Shown piece after piece: positions 41,930 through 51,991 of a DNA stretch of 64,000 nucleotides (position 1 is the stretch's first letter; each line of letters opens with the position of its first letter). The DNA lies in NCBI GenBank assembly GCA_963829295.1, contig CAWHHU010000010.1, positions 642,871-706,870 on the forward strand. Direction: 5' to 3'. Both the position numbers and the translations under genes were made by a program. Source of the DNA: an uncultured Chloroflexia bacterium (GTDB lineage: Bacteria; Chloroflexota; Limnocylindria; Limnocylindrales; CSP1-4). The notes under the pieces are model-generated. The model saw only the letters and a program-made list of their open reading frames with translations, was not told the origin of the DNA and did not search any database.

Positions 41930-43260
41930 ACAGCTTCATCGGAACGATCCTGCTGCTGGTCGTCCTGACCCTGCTCGAGGCGTTCTTCGTGGCCGCCGAG
42001 ATCTCCCTGGTCTCGATCCGCAGGAGCCGGGTGGAGCAGCTGGTCGAGGAGGGGCGGCCGGGTGCGCGCCGGGTCAAGAAGCTGCTCGAGGATCCGGGAC
42101 GCTTCCTCGCCGTCGTCCAGCTGGGCCTGACCGTGATCGGGTTCATGGCCTCGGCGTTGGCGGCGGTGAGCCTTGCGAAAGGGCTGGCCGGGCTGCTGGA
42201 GTCGGCCATGGACCCGGACACGGCCGCGGGTCTCGCGCTGGTGATCGTCACCGTGATCCTCGCCCTGTTCACGATCGTGTTCGCGGAGCTGGTGCCGAAG
42301 TCGATCGCGCTTGCGCACACGGAGCGATTCGCGGTCACGCTGGCGGGCCCGCTGGATCTGCTCGGCCGGCTGCTGGGACCGCTGGTCGCCGTGCTCACCG
42401 GCACCACGCGCTGGATCAGCCGCCGGTTCGGCGCCGACGTGACATCGGAGGCCCAGATCAGCGCCGAGGAGCTGCGCCTGATCGTCGAGCGCGGTGGCGA
42501 GCAGGGGATCCTCGAGGCCGAGGAAGAGCAGATGATCAACGCCGTGATCGAGCTCGGTCAGCGGCGCCTTCACGAGGTCATGGTGCCCAGGACCGCGATC
42601 GTCGCCCTGCCCACGTCGGCGACGTTCGACGAGGTGATCGACATTCTCATCGCAGAAGGGCATTCGCGGGTCCCGGTGTACGAGGCGTCCGTGGACGAGG
42701 TGGTCGGGATCCTGTACGCGAAGGACCTGCTGCCGCTGCTGAAGTCGCACGCCGATGACCGGCCGGACCTCCGCCGCCTGCTGCGCACCCCGGTGTTCGT
42801 GCCCGAATCGATGTCGATCGATGACCTGCTCCACGAGTTCCAGCGGCGAAAGGTCCACATCGCGATCGTGCTCGACGAGTACGGTGGGACGGCTGGCCTG
42901 GTCACGATCGAGGACCTGCTGGAGGAGATCGTCGGCGAGATCCAGGACGAGTACGACGTCGAGGAGCCGCTGGTCGAGCGGCTGGACGACGACCGGGCGC
43001 GGGTGGACGGCCGGGCATCGATCGATGATCTGCTCGATGTGTGGGACCTCAAGGTCCAGCTCGAGGACGAGGACGAGTACGACACCGTCGGCGGCCTGGT
43101 CTACCACCGGGTCGGCGGGATCCCGAGCCCGGGCGACGAGGTGCGCGTCGACGGCCTGCGGCTGACCGTGGAATCGACCGACGGCCGGCGGGTGGGCAAG
43201 GTGCTGGTGGTCCGCGAGCCCGTGATCGACGAGGCGGCGACCGCCGAGCACGGGGTCTAG
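41926..43260 (+). CDS. CNNM/CorC-HlyC family transporter (DUF21 - CBS pair - CorC_HlyC)
   Basis: GTG overlaps the glmU stop. 4 TM helices, two CBS motifs and a transporter-associated C-terminal domain. Confidence 0.85.
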   Translation: MNSFIGTILLLVVLTLLEAFFVAAEISLVSIRRSRVEQLVEEGRPGARRVKKLLEDPGRFLAVVQLGLTVIGFMASALAAVSLAKGLAGLLESAMDPDTAAGLALVIVTVILALFTIVFAELVPKSIALAHTERFAVTLAGPLDLLGRLLGPLVAVLTGTTRWISRRFGADVTSEAQISAEELRLIVERGGEQGILEAEEEQMINAVIELGQRRLHEVMVPRTAIVALPTSATFDEVIDILIAEGHSRVPVYEASVDEVVGILYAKDLLPLLKSHADDRPDLRRLLRTPVFVPESMSIDDLLHEFQRRKVHIAIVLDEYGGTAGLVTIEDLLEEIVGEIQDEYDVEEPLVERLDDDRARVDGRASIDDLLDVWDLKVQLEDEDEYDTVGGLVYHRVGGIPSPGDEVRVDGLRLTVESTDGRRVGKVLVVREPVIDEAATAEHGV

Positions 43261-43330
43261 GCGAAGCCGGCGCCGGGAAGCTTCGGTCTTCGCGCGCCAG
43301 GACCGGCGAAGGACCGGATCCCGCGAACGG

Positions 43331-44356
43331 TCAGGCGGTGATCACGCCATCGATGATGCCGGTCAGCTGGTCCCGGACCGTGGGGTCGATGATGCCGAGC
43401 GCGTTGAGCTCGCTGATCGCCTGGTCGCGATACCGGCGGGCCTCGGTCCGCGTGAACTCGCGGGCACCGGTGCGCTCGAGGATCGCGACGACCTCGTCGG
43501 TGTCCACGGTGTCGGGCTCGGCCGCGTACAGCCCGGCCAGACGCTCGCGATCCGCCGGTGCCGCATGCTCCCACGCGTACAGGACCGGGAGCGTCTTCTT
43601 GCCTCGCGCGACGTCCGTTGGCTCCTTGCCCGTCTGGTGCTCCTGGCCCCAGATGCCCAGCAGGTCGTCGTTGAGCTGGAACGCGAGCCCCAGCGCCCAG
43701 CCGAATCGCCGGTAGCCGGCGATCACCGTCTCGTCGTCGGTCGCCAGCAGCGCGCCCGCCTCGATCGATGCCGAGATCAGCGCGGCGGTCTTGCGGCCGA
43801 TCATGTCGAAGTACAGGTCCACCGTCATCGGCGAGCTCGACGCCGAGCTGGTGATGTCGAGGTACTGACCCTCGCACAGCAGCACGCACGTCTCGTCGTA
43901 CAGCCGCATCAGGCGCAGGACCTTCGCGTCGCTGAAGCCGAGATCCGTCAGCCGATGCAGCGCGATGCGCGACAGGCTGAAGATCAGGTCGCCGGTGTTG
44001 ATCGCCTGCGGTACACCATGGATCGTCCACAGCGTCGCCCGGTGGCGGCGTTCGCTGTCGCCGTCCTCGATGTCATCGTGGACCAGGCTGAAGTTGTGGC
44101 CGAGCTCGACGGCCGCAGCGCCCGGCAGGGCCGCCCGATGATCACCGGTGATCGATGCGTAGGCCAGCAGTCCCAGCAGCGGCCGGATCCGCTTGCCGCG
44201 CACGCCGTCCGACCCGTCGAGACCGAGGTGGTAGCGGATCATCCCGTACACGCCGGCCGTGGACGCATCGTGGTCCCGGACGACGCGCAGGATCTCCGCC
44301 TCGGTGTCGGCGAGGAGATCGCTCAGGTCGAGGTCGAGGAAGGAGGTCACCGTCAT
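43331..44356 (-). CDS. Trans-polyprenyl diphosphate synthase (IspA/GGPPS family)
   Basis: FARM LVHDDIEDGD and SARM FQLNDDLLG motifs. 341 aa. Confidence 0.88.
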   Translation of the reverse strand: MTVTSFLDLDLSDLLADTEAEILRVVRDHDASTAGVYGMIRYHLGLDGSDGVRGKRIRPLLGLLAYASITGDHRAALPGAAAVELGHNFSLVHDDIEDGDSERRHRATLWTIHGVPQAINTGDLIFSLSRIALHRLTDLGFSDAKVLRLMRLYDETCVLLCEGQYLDITSSASSSPMTVDLYFDMIGRKTAALISASIEAGALLATDDETVIAGYRRFGWALGLAFQLNDDLLGIWGQEHQTGKEPTDVARGKKTLPVLYAWEHAAPADRERLAGLYAAEPDTVDTDEVVAILERTGAREFTRTEARRYRDQAISELNALGIIDPTVRDQLTGIIDGVITA

Positions 44357-44453
44357 CGCTCACGCAGTGTACCGGCTCCGGGCGCAAACGTGTTCTTGAA
44401 AAGTAGCCTGTTGGATCCGTTGGCGTCCGGACCCGTGGTGGTACCGTCGGACC

Positions 44454-45299
44454 GTGCCCGCGCCTCGCCGTTATGTCACCGACGCGATCGTCCTGTCCCG
44501 GTTCGACCTGGGCGAAGCCGATCGTGTCCTGACCCTGATCACCCCCGGCTACGGCAAGCTCAAGGCGATCGCCAAGGGCATCCGTCGCCCGGCGTCGCGA
44601 CTGGGTGGCTCGCTCGAGCCGTTCGCCGAGCTCAACGTGGCGCTGGCGCGCGGGCGGACCTTCGATGTCGTGACCGAGGTCCGCGTGGGCCACGCGTGGC
44701 TCGCGCTCCGCGACCGGCTCGAGAGCGCGGCGACCGCCTGGTACCTGGCGGAGCTTGCCGATCGCTCGCTCGAGGAGCGGCACCCGGCGGAGCCGCTGTA
44801 TGCGCTGCTGCGACGAGCGTACGAGCTGCTCGACGCAGGGATGGCGCCCGGCCGCGTTGCCCGCTGGTACGAGATGCACCTGGCCGACGAGCTGGGGCAG
44901 CGGCCCGAGGTGGACCGGTGCGTGGAGTGCGACCGGATGCTGGACGCGAGCGAGACCTTCCGCTGGGTCCCCCCGCTGGGTGGCGTGGTGTGCCGCCGGT
45001 GTCCGGGGCCGCCCGCCGATCGAACCGAACTGTCGCTCGACGGCCTGAAGCTGCTCAAGGCGTATCAGCGGATGGACGTCGAGGCGATCGCGGCCCTGCG
45101 GCTGCCGGCGGCGGTCGAGCAGGAGGTGGAGGCGGCGATGCGGGACTTCATGCGGGTCGCGCTGGAACGCGACGCGCGATCGCTCGCGTTCCTCGACGAG
45201 GTTCGCGCGACATCCGACGCCCGGTCGCGAGCCCGATCGGACGCGTCCTACGGTGCGCCGGCCGGCTCGTCGTCAGGGGCGACGTCAACGCCCGCCTGA
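44454..45299 (+). CDS. recO: DNA repair protein RecO
   Basis: N-terminal OB fold plus C-x2-C...C-x2-C zinc motif (CVECD...CRRC). Confidence 0.85.
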   Translation: MPAPRRYVTDAIVLSRFDLGEADRVLTLITPGYGKLKAIAKGIRRPASRLGGSLEPFAELNVALARGRTFDVVTEVRVGHAWLALRDRLESAATAWYLAELADRSLEERHPAEPLYALLRRAYELLDAGMAPGRVARWYEMHLADELGQRPEVDRCVECDRMLDASETFRWVPPLGGVVCRRCPGPPADRTELSLDGLKLLKAYQRMDVEAIAALRLPAAVEQEVEAAMRDFMRVALERDARSLAFLDEVRATSDARSRARSDASYGAPAGSSSGATSTPA

Positions 45300-45312
45300 G
45301 GAGGGTCCTTCG

Positions 45313-45756
45313 ATGGTGTTCGAGTCCGGGAGCGAGACGGACAGGCACGCGCTGGAACGGCTGCGCAACGACATGATCGGCTGGTTCACGACCGTCACCG
45401 CCGCCGGGCAGCCGCAGACATTCCCGATCTGGTTCCTGTGGGAGGAGGCGCCCGGGGGCGAACCCGCCCAGATCCTGATCTACAGCGACCGCCGTGCGCG
45501 ACGCAACCTCAACATCGCGGCCAACCCGCACGTGTCCCTCCACCTCAACAGCGACGACCACGGCAACGACGTCGTGATCGTCGAGGGCGAGGCCCGGATC
45601 GACGCCTCCACACCGCCCGTCCCCGGGCACGCCGCCTATCTCGCCAAGTACGGCGAGCGGATCGTCGAGACCCTCAGCTCGGCCGAGGAGATGGCAACCG
45701 TCTACAACGTCCCGATCCGCATCCGGCCGACGCGCGGGATCGCGTTCGGAGCGTGA
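45313..45756 (+). CDS. PPOX-class (pyridoxamine 5'-phosphate oxidase-like) split-barrel protein, probably F420/FMN-dependent
   Basis: 147 aa. WFTTV..., PIWFLW..., IAANPHVSLHL match the PNPOx-like fold family common in Actinobacteria. Confidence 0.65.
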   Translation: MVFESGSETDRHALERLRNDMIGWFTTVTAAGQPQTFPIWFLWEEAPGGEPAQILIYSDRRARRNLNIAANPHVSLHLNSDDHGNDVVIVEGEARIDASTPPVPGHAAYLAKYGERIVETLSSAEEMATVYNVPIRIRPTRGIAFGA

Positions 45757-46940
45757 GGCTGCGGGGCCTGTCGCGGGCGACCCTGGCCGCCGGGGCGACG
45801 GCACTGGGTGTCCTGGCCGCCGCCGGCCCGGTGCTGGACGCGGTGGTCGCGCGGGCGGAGCGGAAGCACAATCCCACGCCGCCCGAGCAGCGCGCGAGCA
45901 TCTCGAGTCGAGCGCGCGACCTGCATGCGACGCTGCGGGTGGCGGACCTCCACGCCGACTCCCTGCTGTTCGGCCGGGATCTCCTGACCCGTGGCGACCG
46001 CGGGCATGTCGACGTGCCGCGGATGATCGAGGGGAGGGTCGCCCTTCAGGTGCTCTCGTGCTCGATGAAGGTGCCGCGCAACATCAACATCGAGCGCAAC
46101 GAGGACACCAGCGACGACATCCTTGCGATCGCGCTGGCCAAGCGCTGGCCGCTGCGGACGTGGCGCAGCATCCTCGCCCGTGCCCTGTATCAGGCGTCGC
46201 GGGCCCGTGGGTTCGCGGCGCGCTCTGGCGGCCGGTTCCGGCTCATCGAGACGGCTGACGATCTCCGGCGCTATCTCGCGGTCCGGGAGGCCGATCCGGC
46301 GATGGCCGCCTGCCTGCTCTCGATCGAGGGCGCGACCGCGCTCGACGACGACCCGGCCAACGTCGATGTCGTCGCCGATGCCGGCTTCCGGATGATCTCG
46401 CCCGCCCATTTCACCGACACGGTGTTCGGTGGCTCGGCGCACGGCGCCGTTCAGGGCGGGCTGACGGAGCTCGGCCGCGAGATGGTTCGCAGGATGGAGG
46501 CCCGGGGTGTGATTCTCGACGTCGCCCACGCCTCGTCGGCCACGATCGACGATGCGCTGGCGATCGCAACGCGGCCGGTCGTCGCTTCGCATACGGGCGT
46601 CCGGGGCATCCTCGACAACGCCCGCAACCTGTCCGACGCACAGCTGACCGGGATCGCCGCCACGGGCGGGCTGGTCGGGATCGGGTTCTGGCCATGGGCG
46701 TGCGGCGGACCGGACGCGGCGGACATCGCCCGCTCGATCGCCTACGCCGTGGAGCGGATCGGGGTCGAGCGCGTGGCGCTCGGCTCGGACTGGGACGGCG
46801 CCGTGCCCGTTCCGTTCGACGCGGCCAACGTGACGCAGCTGACCGATGCGTTACTCGATGTGGGTCTGGATGCGGCGGCGATCCGGGCGGTGATGGGTGA
46901 GAACGTCCTGCGGCTGCTGGGTGAGGCGCTGCCCGCATAA
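45753..46940 (+). CDS. Membrane dipeptidase (peptidase M19 family) with N-terminal signal/anchor
   Basis: GTG overlaps the PPOX stop. VADLHADSLL..., GSDWDG, hydrophobic N-terminus. Confidence 0.78.
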   Translation: MRLRGLSRATLAAGATALGVLAAAGPVLDAVVARAERKHNPTPPEQRASISSRARDLHATLRVADLHADSLLFGRDLLTRGDRGHVDVPRMIEGRVALQVLSCSMKVPRNINIERNEDTSDDILAIALAKRWPLRTWRSILARALYQASRARGFAARSGGRFRLIETADDLRRYLAVREADPAMAACLLSIEGATALDDDPANVDVVADAGFRMISPAHFTDTVFGGSAHGAVQGGLTELGREMVRRMEARGVILDVAHASSATIDDALAIATRPVVASHTGVRGILDNARNLSDAQLTGIAATGGLVGIGFWPWACGGPDAADIARSIAYAVERIGVERVALGSDWDGAVPVPFDAANVTQLTDALLDVGLDAAAIRAVMGENVLRLLGEALPA

Positions 46941-47331
46941 CGGGCCGGTCTGGCTGCGCGTCCGCCGGACCCTGGAACGCGAGACGCTCACTCGGGCGGT
47001 TCCCGGCGCGGGTTCGGCTCAATGGAACGCGTGGCGACCCGCGGGCCGGCCGGCCGGGCTGGCTGTCCGCCGTTGTGTGGCCCGGTGCGCGTTCCATTCG
47101 GCGGCCGGGGGTAGGTCCCGGCTGGCCCGATCGCCAGAGTGAACGCCGGGCGTTCCTGCCGCGTCCGTCCCGGCGCGGTCGCCATGCCTTCGGAACGCCC
47201 AGACCGGCGCGCCAGTACGGGCCCGGATCGCCACCTCTCCGAACGGCCCCCGGCCGTCCCCGAGCCGGCGGGCTGCTACGATCACCTTCCCGCGCGGCCA
47301 TGCCACGGTCGCGTATCAGCGGAGACGACCC
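46941..47331 (+). promoter_or_regulatory. Long structured 5' leader of glyQS: 11-bp perfect inverted repeat (47021-47031 / 47088-47098) plus five copies of GGAACGC(G/C)
   Basis: Read from the sequence. The 391-nt spacer is unusual for this compact locus. No canonical T-box core identified. Confidence 0.35.
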
Positions 47332-48741
47332 TTGACCACCCCCGGCACCGATCCGAACGCCGTCGCGCCCGCCGTCGCCAACCTCGACACCATCGTGTCG
47401 CTGTCCAAGCGGCGCGGGTTCATCTTCCCGTCATCGGAGATCTACGGCGGCATCAACGCCGTGTGGGACTACGGGCCGCTGGGCGTCGAGCTCAAGAACA
47501 ACGTCAAGCGCGCCTGGTGGCGGGCGATGGTCCAGGACCGCGACGAGATCGTGGGTCTCGATGCCGGGATCCTGATGCATCCCCAGGTGTGGGTCACGTC
47601 GGGGCACGTCGGCTCGTTCAGCGACCCGCTTGTCGAGTGCGCGACCTGCCACCGGCGCTACCGGCTCGACGAGCTGCCGGGCGCCGAGAACCTCACCGCC
47701 ACCGAGCTGCGAGACGAGGGGATCGTGACCCGGCTCGGCCTCGTCTGTCCCAACGACGCAGGACCCCTGTCACCGCCGCGCCGGTTCAACCTGATGTTCA
47801 CGAGTCACATGGGCCCGGTCGAGGACGAGGGCTCGATCGTGTACTTCCGGCCCGAGACGGCACAGGGCAGCTACGTCAACTTCAAGAACGTCCAGCAGAG
47901 CTCGCGCAAGAAGATCCCGTTCGGCATCGCCCAGATCGGGAAGAGCTTCCGCAACGAGATCAGCCCCGGCAACTTCGTGTTCCGGATGCGCGAGTTCGAG
48001 CAGATGGAGATGCAGTACTTCGTGCGCCCCGAGGAGGGGGCGGCGCAGGCGTTCGAGGCGTGGCTGCCGCGCCGGCGCGCCTGGTACGAGGCCTACGGCG
48101 TGGCCCCCGAACGGCTCCGGTTCCGCGAGCACGCACCCGACGAGCTCGCGCATTACGCGAAGAAGGCGATCGACGTCGAGTACCGCTTCCCGTTCGGGTG
48201 GAAGGAGCTCGAGGGCATCCACAACCGGGGGGACTTCGATCTCGGCAACCATGCGAAGGCGTCGGGCGAGAACCTCGAGTACTTCGACCAGGCGTCGGGC
48301 GAGCACTTCATCCCGTGGATCGTCGAGACGGCGGCCGGCGCGGACCGGGCGGCGTTCACGTTCCTGATCGACGCCTACCGCGAGGAGGAGGTCCGGGGCG
48401 AGAAGCGCGTGGTGCTGGGTTTCCATCCGGAGCTCGCGCCGTACAAGGTCGCGGTGCTGCCGCTGCTCAAGAAACGGCCCGAGATCGTGGACACCTGTCA
48501 TCGTCTGCTGGCCGACCTGCGGCGCGATCTGATGGCGGTGTACGACGACACCGCAGCGATCGGCAAGCTCTACCGGCGCCAGGACGAGATCGGCACGCCG
48601 TGGTGCGTGACGGTGGATGTCGATTCGCTCGAGGATGGCGCGGTCACGGTTCGCGATCGCGATTCGATGACCCAGGAGCGGGTGCCGCTCGAGGGCGTCA
48701 AGCGTCTGATCCTCGACCGGATGGCCGCCGCCCGTCCCTGA
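47332..48741 (+). CDS. glyQS: Glycine--tRNA ligase (dimeric alpha2 type)
   Basis: Class-II aaRS motifs. 469 aa. TTG start. Confidence 0.93.
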   Translation: MTTPGTDPNAVAPAVANLDTIVSLSKRRGFIFPSSEIYGGINAVWDYGPLGVELKNNVKRAWWRAMVQDRDEIVGLDAGILMHPQVWVTSGHVGSFSDPLVECATCHRRYRLDELPGAENLTATELRDEGIVTRLGLVCPNDAGPLSPPRRFNLMFTSHMGPVEDEGSIVYFRPETAQGSYVNFKNVQQSSRKKIPFGIAQIGKSFRNEISPGNFVFRMREFEQMEMQYFVRPEEGAAQAFEAWLPRRRAWYEAYGVAPERLRFREHAPDELAHYAKKAIDVEYRFPFGWKELEGIHNRGDFDLGNHAKASGENLEYFDQASGEHFIPWIVETAAGADRAAFTFLIDAYREEEVRGEKRVVLGFHPELAPYKVAVLPLLKKRPEIVDTCHRLLADLRRDLMAVYDDTAAIGKLYRRQDEIGTPWCVTVDVDSLEDGAVTVRDRDSMTQERVPLEGVKRLILDRMAAARP

Positions 48742-48748
48742 GACCCCG

Positions 48749-48875
48749 ATGGCAGCCCGGCGCCGCTGCCCGGCGGCTGACGGTGGGCCTGCAGGCTGGC
48801 GGTCGGGTGATCGCAGCCAGGCGCCGCTGCCCGGCGGCTGAGGGTGGGCCCGTACCGGCCGGCGGCTGATCGTTG
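48749..48875 (+). repeat. Imperfect tandem direct repeat (two ~63-nt units whose first ~38 nt match 36/38) followed by a third partial copy of GGCGGCTGA...GCC
   Basis: GCAGCCCGGCGCCGCTGCCCGGCGGCTGACGGTGGGCC against GCAGCCAGGCGCCGCTGCCCGGCGGCTGAGGGTGGGCC. A hairpin CCTCAC-GCGGG-GTGAGG follows at ~48907-48923. Confidence 0.5.
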
Positions 48876-48921
48876 AGCCTGCTGGCCGCCCGGCGCCGCG
48901 GGCGCTTGACCCTCACGCGGG

Positions 48922-49443
48922 GTGAGGCCCGACACTGCCCGCATGCAGTCGACACCGCCCACTCATCCCGCTCAGGACCCGCCCATCCTCACCGAGCACG
49001 GCGGTCACGTGATCTACCCGATGCCGGTGTTCGCGCGCGTGGCGACGCCCGACCCCGCCCGGCTCGTCACGTTCTTCACCGAGGTCCTGGACTTCGCGAT
49101 CGTGTTCGCGGCTCCCGAGATCGGCGGGTTGCCGTCACTCGTCCACCTGCGCCGCGCCAAGTATCAGGACGTGCTGGTGGTTCCCGCGTCCGGCGCTGTC
49201 GTCCCGGACCCCGGCCTCGTGGTCACGTTCCAGGCAGGTGACGCTGATGCGATCGATGCGCTCGGATGGCGCATCGGGGCAGCCAACCCGGCCATCCTCG
49301 ACGGCCCGCAGGATACGCCGTGGTCCACCCGAGACCTGTCCGTCACCGACCCGGACGGCCGAACCTGGACGTTCACCGCCCGCGGGCGAGGGCCGTTGCC
49401 TGGCCGCATCGACGCCGTGCCTCCCGGTCCCGGCCCAGCCTGA
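48922..49443 (+). CDS. VOC / glyoxalase-bleomycin-resistance family protein
   Basis: About 170 aa beta-alpha-beta-beta-beta module pattern. Start uncertain (48922 or 48943). Confidence 0.55.
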   Translation: MRPDTARMQSTPPTHPAQDPPILTEHGGHVIYPMPVFARVATPDPARLVTFFTEVLDFAIVFAAPEIGGLPSLVHLRRAKYQDVLVVPASGAVVPDPGLVVTFQAGDADAIDALGWRIGAANPAILDGPQDTPWSTRDLSVTDPDGRTWTFTARGRGPLPGRIDAVPPGPGPA

Positions 49444-49625
49444 GAGCGTGCCGTCCGAGGGAGTCCGGTGCAGGCCGGCACCGATCGGGACTACGGGGTC
49501 ATGGAACCGCGGTCCGGCGTCCTCAACGATCGGGGCGAGGGCGCGGTCGTCGTGCAACGGAAGGCTGACGGCCGCGCCCATCCATATCCGGGCCCGGGCG
49601 CTGCGCCCGGGCCGAGGGGGCGACG

Positions 49626-51155
49626 TCAGGCCGTCGCGGCGACCTTCGCCCTGGGCTTTGCCGCGGCCACCTCGTCCTCGGTGGGCACCGGCGGCCAGAC
49701 CCCGTTGAGCCAGCTGTCGATCGCGGCGGCCGATCGCTTTCCATCGCCCATGGCCAGGATCACCGTCGCGGCGCCGCGCACGATGTCGCCACCCGCGAAC
49801 ACGCCGGGCATGCTCGTCATGCCGTGCTCGTCCGCCTCGAGATAGCCCCACTCGTTGACCCTGAGGTCGGGGGCGCTGCCGGTGAGCAACGGGTTGGCGC
49901 GGGTCCCGATCGCCACGACCACGAGGTCGCAGTCGACGGTGAACTCCGAGCCGGGGATCGGCTTCGGCCGCCGGCGGCCCGAGGCATCGGGCTCACCCAG
50001 CTCCATCTCGATGCATCGCAGGCCCTTGACCCAGCGATCCTCATCGGCCAGCACCTCGACCGGCGCCGCAAGGTAGTGGAACACGACGCCCTCATCCTTG
50101 GCGTGGTGGACCTCCTCGGCGCGAGCGGGCAGCTCGTCCGCCGAGCGGCGGTAGACGATCGTCGCCTCGGTGGCGCCCAGACGCTTGGCCGTCCGCACCG
50201 AGTCCATGGCCACGTTGCCGCCACCGACCACCACGACCCGCTGGCCGTGGAGGATGGGGGTCTCGGAGTCCGGGTTCCAGGCGCCCATCAGGTTGACCCG
50301 CGTCAGGTACTCATTGGCCGAGTACACGCCCTTGAAGTTCTCCCCGGGAACGTTCATGAACACCGGCAGCCCGGCACCCACCGCGAGGAACAGCGCGTCG
50401 TACTCCTCGCGCAGCTCGGGGATCGTGTATGTCCGGCCGATGATGGCGTCGAGCTCGACCTTGACGCCTTCGCTCTTGAGCCGGTCGACCTCGGCCTGGA
50501 CGATGTCCTTGGGCAGGCGGAACTCGGGGATGCCGTAGATGAGCACCCCACCGGGAGCGTGGAACGCCTCGAACACCGTGACATCGTGGCCCTTGCGAAC
50601 CAGCTCGCCGGCCGCGGTCAGGCCGGCCGGTCCGGAGCCGACGATGCCGACCTTGCGCCCGCTGCTGGCAGGCTTGCGCCGTTCCGCCATCTCGGCGGGG
50701 TGATCCATCGCCCAGTCGGCGACGTACCGCTCGAGGTAGCCGACGGCGACCGGGTTGCCTTTCTTGGCCCGGACGCACACGCCCTCGCACTGCGTCTCCT
50801 GTGGGCAGACCCGACCGGTGACGCAGGGCAGCGCGTTGTCGTCGAGCAGGCTCGCCGCGGCTGCCGCCATGTCGCCGTCGCGCATGAGCTTGATGAAGTT
50901 CGGGATGTTGACGCGGACCGGGCAGCCGTCGACGCAGAACGGCTTGGGGCACTGGATGCAGCGCTCCGCCTCGAGCATCGCCAGCTGGTAGGTGAGGCCC
51001 AGATTGACCTCGCGGAAGTTGCTCGCCCGGACGTCGCCTTCCTGTTCGGGCATCGCTACCCGCTCGATGGCCATCCGCTCCTTGTTGCTGAGCTTCGGCT
51101 TTTCCGTTACGGGATCGGTGCCCGGGACGGGGGTGGGGGACGCGTGCTCGGTCAT
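49626..51155 (-). CDS. GltD-family NADPH-dependent oxidoreductase, large subunit (NfnB / SudA-like; 2x[4Fe-4S] + FAD + NADPH)
   Basis: MTEHASP... N-terminal Cys cluster CIQCPKPFCVDGCP...CPQETQCEGVC. Two Rossmann GxGxxG motifs (GIVGSGPAG, VVVGGGNVAMD). The ORF-track extension to 52001 is a frame artefact. Confidence 0.85.
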   Translation of the reverse strand: MTEHASPTPVPGTDPVTEKPKLSNKERMAIERVAMPEQEGDVRASNFREVNLGLTYQLAMLEAERCIQCPKPFCVDGCPVRVNIPNFIKLMRDGDMAAAAASLLDDNALPCVTGRVCPQETQCEGVCVRAKKGNPVAVGYLERYVADWAMDHPAEMAERRKPASSGRKVGIVGSGPAGLTAAGELVRKGHDVTVFEAFHAPGGVLIYGIPEFRLPKDIVQAEVDRLKSEGVKVELDAIIGRTYTIPELREEYDALFLAVGAGLPVFMNVPGENFKGVYSANEYLTRVNLMGAWNPDSETPILHGQRVVVVGGGNVAMDSVRTAKRLGATEATIVYRRSADELPARAEEVHHAKDEGVVFHYLAAPVEVLADEDRWVKGLRCIEMELGEPDASGRRRPKPIPGSEFTVDCDLVVVAIGTRANPLLTGSAPDLRVNEWGYLEADEHGMTSMPGVFAGGDIVRGAATVILAMGDGKRSAAAIDSWLNGVWPPVPTEDEVAAAKPRAKVAATA

Positions 51156-51991
51156 GCCTTGACCTCGGTGGTGGCGCAGGCGCCGCGCTTGTCGAGGGCC
51201 TGCTGTTCGAACGGGCGATAGGTGGTGAGGCGGTCGGCCAGCTCGGCGAAGTTGACCTTGTGCGCGTCGAACTCGGGGCCGTCCACGCACGCGTACCTGG
51301 TCTCGCCGCCGATCGTCACCCGGCAGCCCCCGCACATCCCGGTGCCGTCGACCATGATCGCGTTGAGCGACACGGTGGTCGGCACCTCGTAGGGCAGGGT
51401 CAGGTTGGCCACCGCCTTCATCATCGGCACGGGCCCCACCGCGAACACGGCGTCCACGCCGCCCGCGTCGAGCAGGTCCTTGAGCGCCTCGGTGACGAAC
51501 CCGGGACGGCCATAGCTGCCGTCGTCGGTGCACGCCACGACATCGCCGACGGCGCGCAGCTCGTCCTCCAGGATCACCCACTCCTTCGAGCGGCCGCCGA
51601 TGACGCTGGTCACGTGGACACCGCGGCGGGCGAGCTCCTTGGCGATGGGAAGCAGGACGGCGGTGCCGACGCCGCCACCGACGCACACGGCATGGCCGTT
51701 CTCCAGGAGCTCGGTCTCGCTGCCCAGCGGACCGGCGACGTCGGTGATCGCATCGCCCGCCTGGAGCGCACACAGGTCCGTGGTGCTGGCGCCGATGGCC
51801 TGGATCATGAGCGTGATCGTGCCGGCCTCGGCATCGTTGTCGGCGATCGTCAGCGGGATGCGCTCGGCGCCCGGGCCCTTCCGGACGATGACGAACTGGC
51901 CGGGACGCCGGACCTTGGCGATCCGGGGAGCCTCGATGACGAGGCGGACGACGTTCGGTGAGAGCTGCTCGCGCTCGACGACCTGGTGCAT
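51152..51991 (-). CDS. PyrK-like FAD/[2Fe-2S] electron-transfer subunit (NfnA / SudB-like)
   Basis: FNR-like fold plus C-terminal CGGCRV...C [2Fe-2S] motif. Stop overlaps the start of the downstream GltD-like gene (ATGA). Confidence 0.82.
   Translation of the reverse strand: MHQVVEREQLSPNVVRLVIEAPRIAKVRRPGQFVIVRKGPGAERIPLTIADNDAEAGTITLMIQAIGASTTDLCALQAGDAITDVAGPLGSETELLENGHAVCVGGGVGTAVLLPIAKELARRGVHVTSVIGGRSKEWVILEDELRAVGDVVACTDDGSYGRPGFVTEALKDLLDAGGVDAVFAVGPVPMMKAVANLTLPYEVPTTVSLNAIMVDGTGMCGGCRVTIGGETRYACVDGPEFDAHKVNFAELADRLTTYRPFEQQALDKRGACATTEVKA

Noticed and set aside
46941-47331. Canonical T-box riboswitch upstream of glyQS
   Set aside because: I could not find the AGGGUGGNACCGCG antiterminator core or a clear specifier loop by eye. 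It is reported only as a structured leader of unknown class.
48749-48875. CRISPR array
   Set aside because: Only 2-3 imperfect copies with no regular spacer periodicity and no cas genes nearby.
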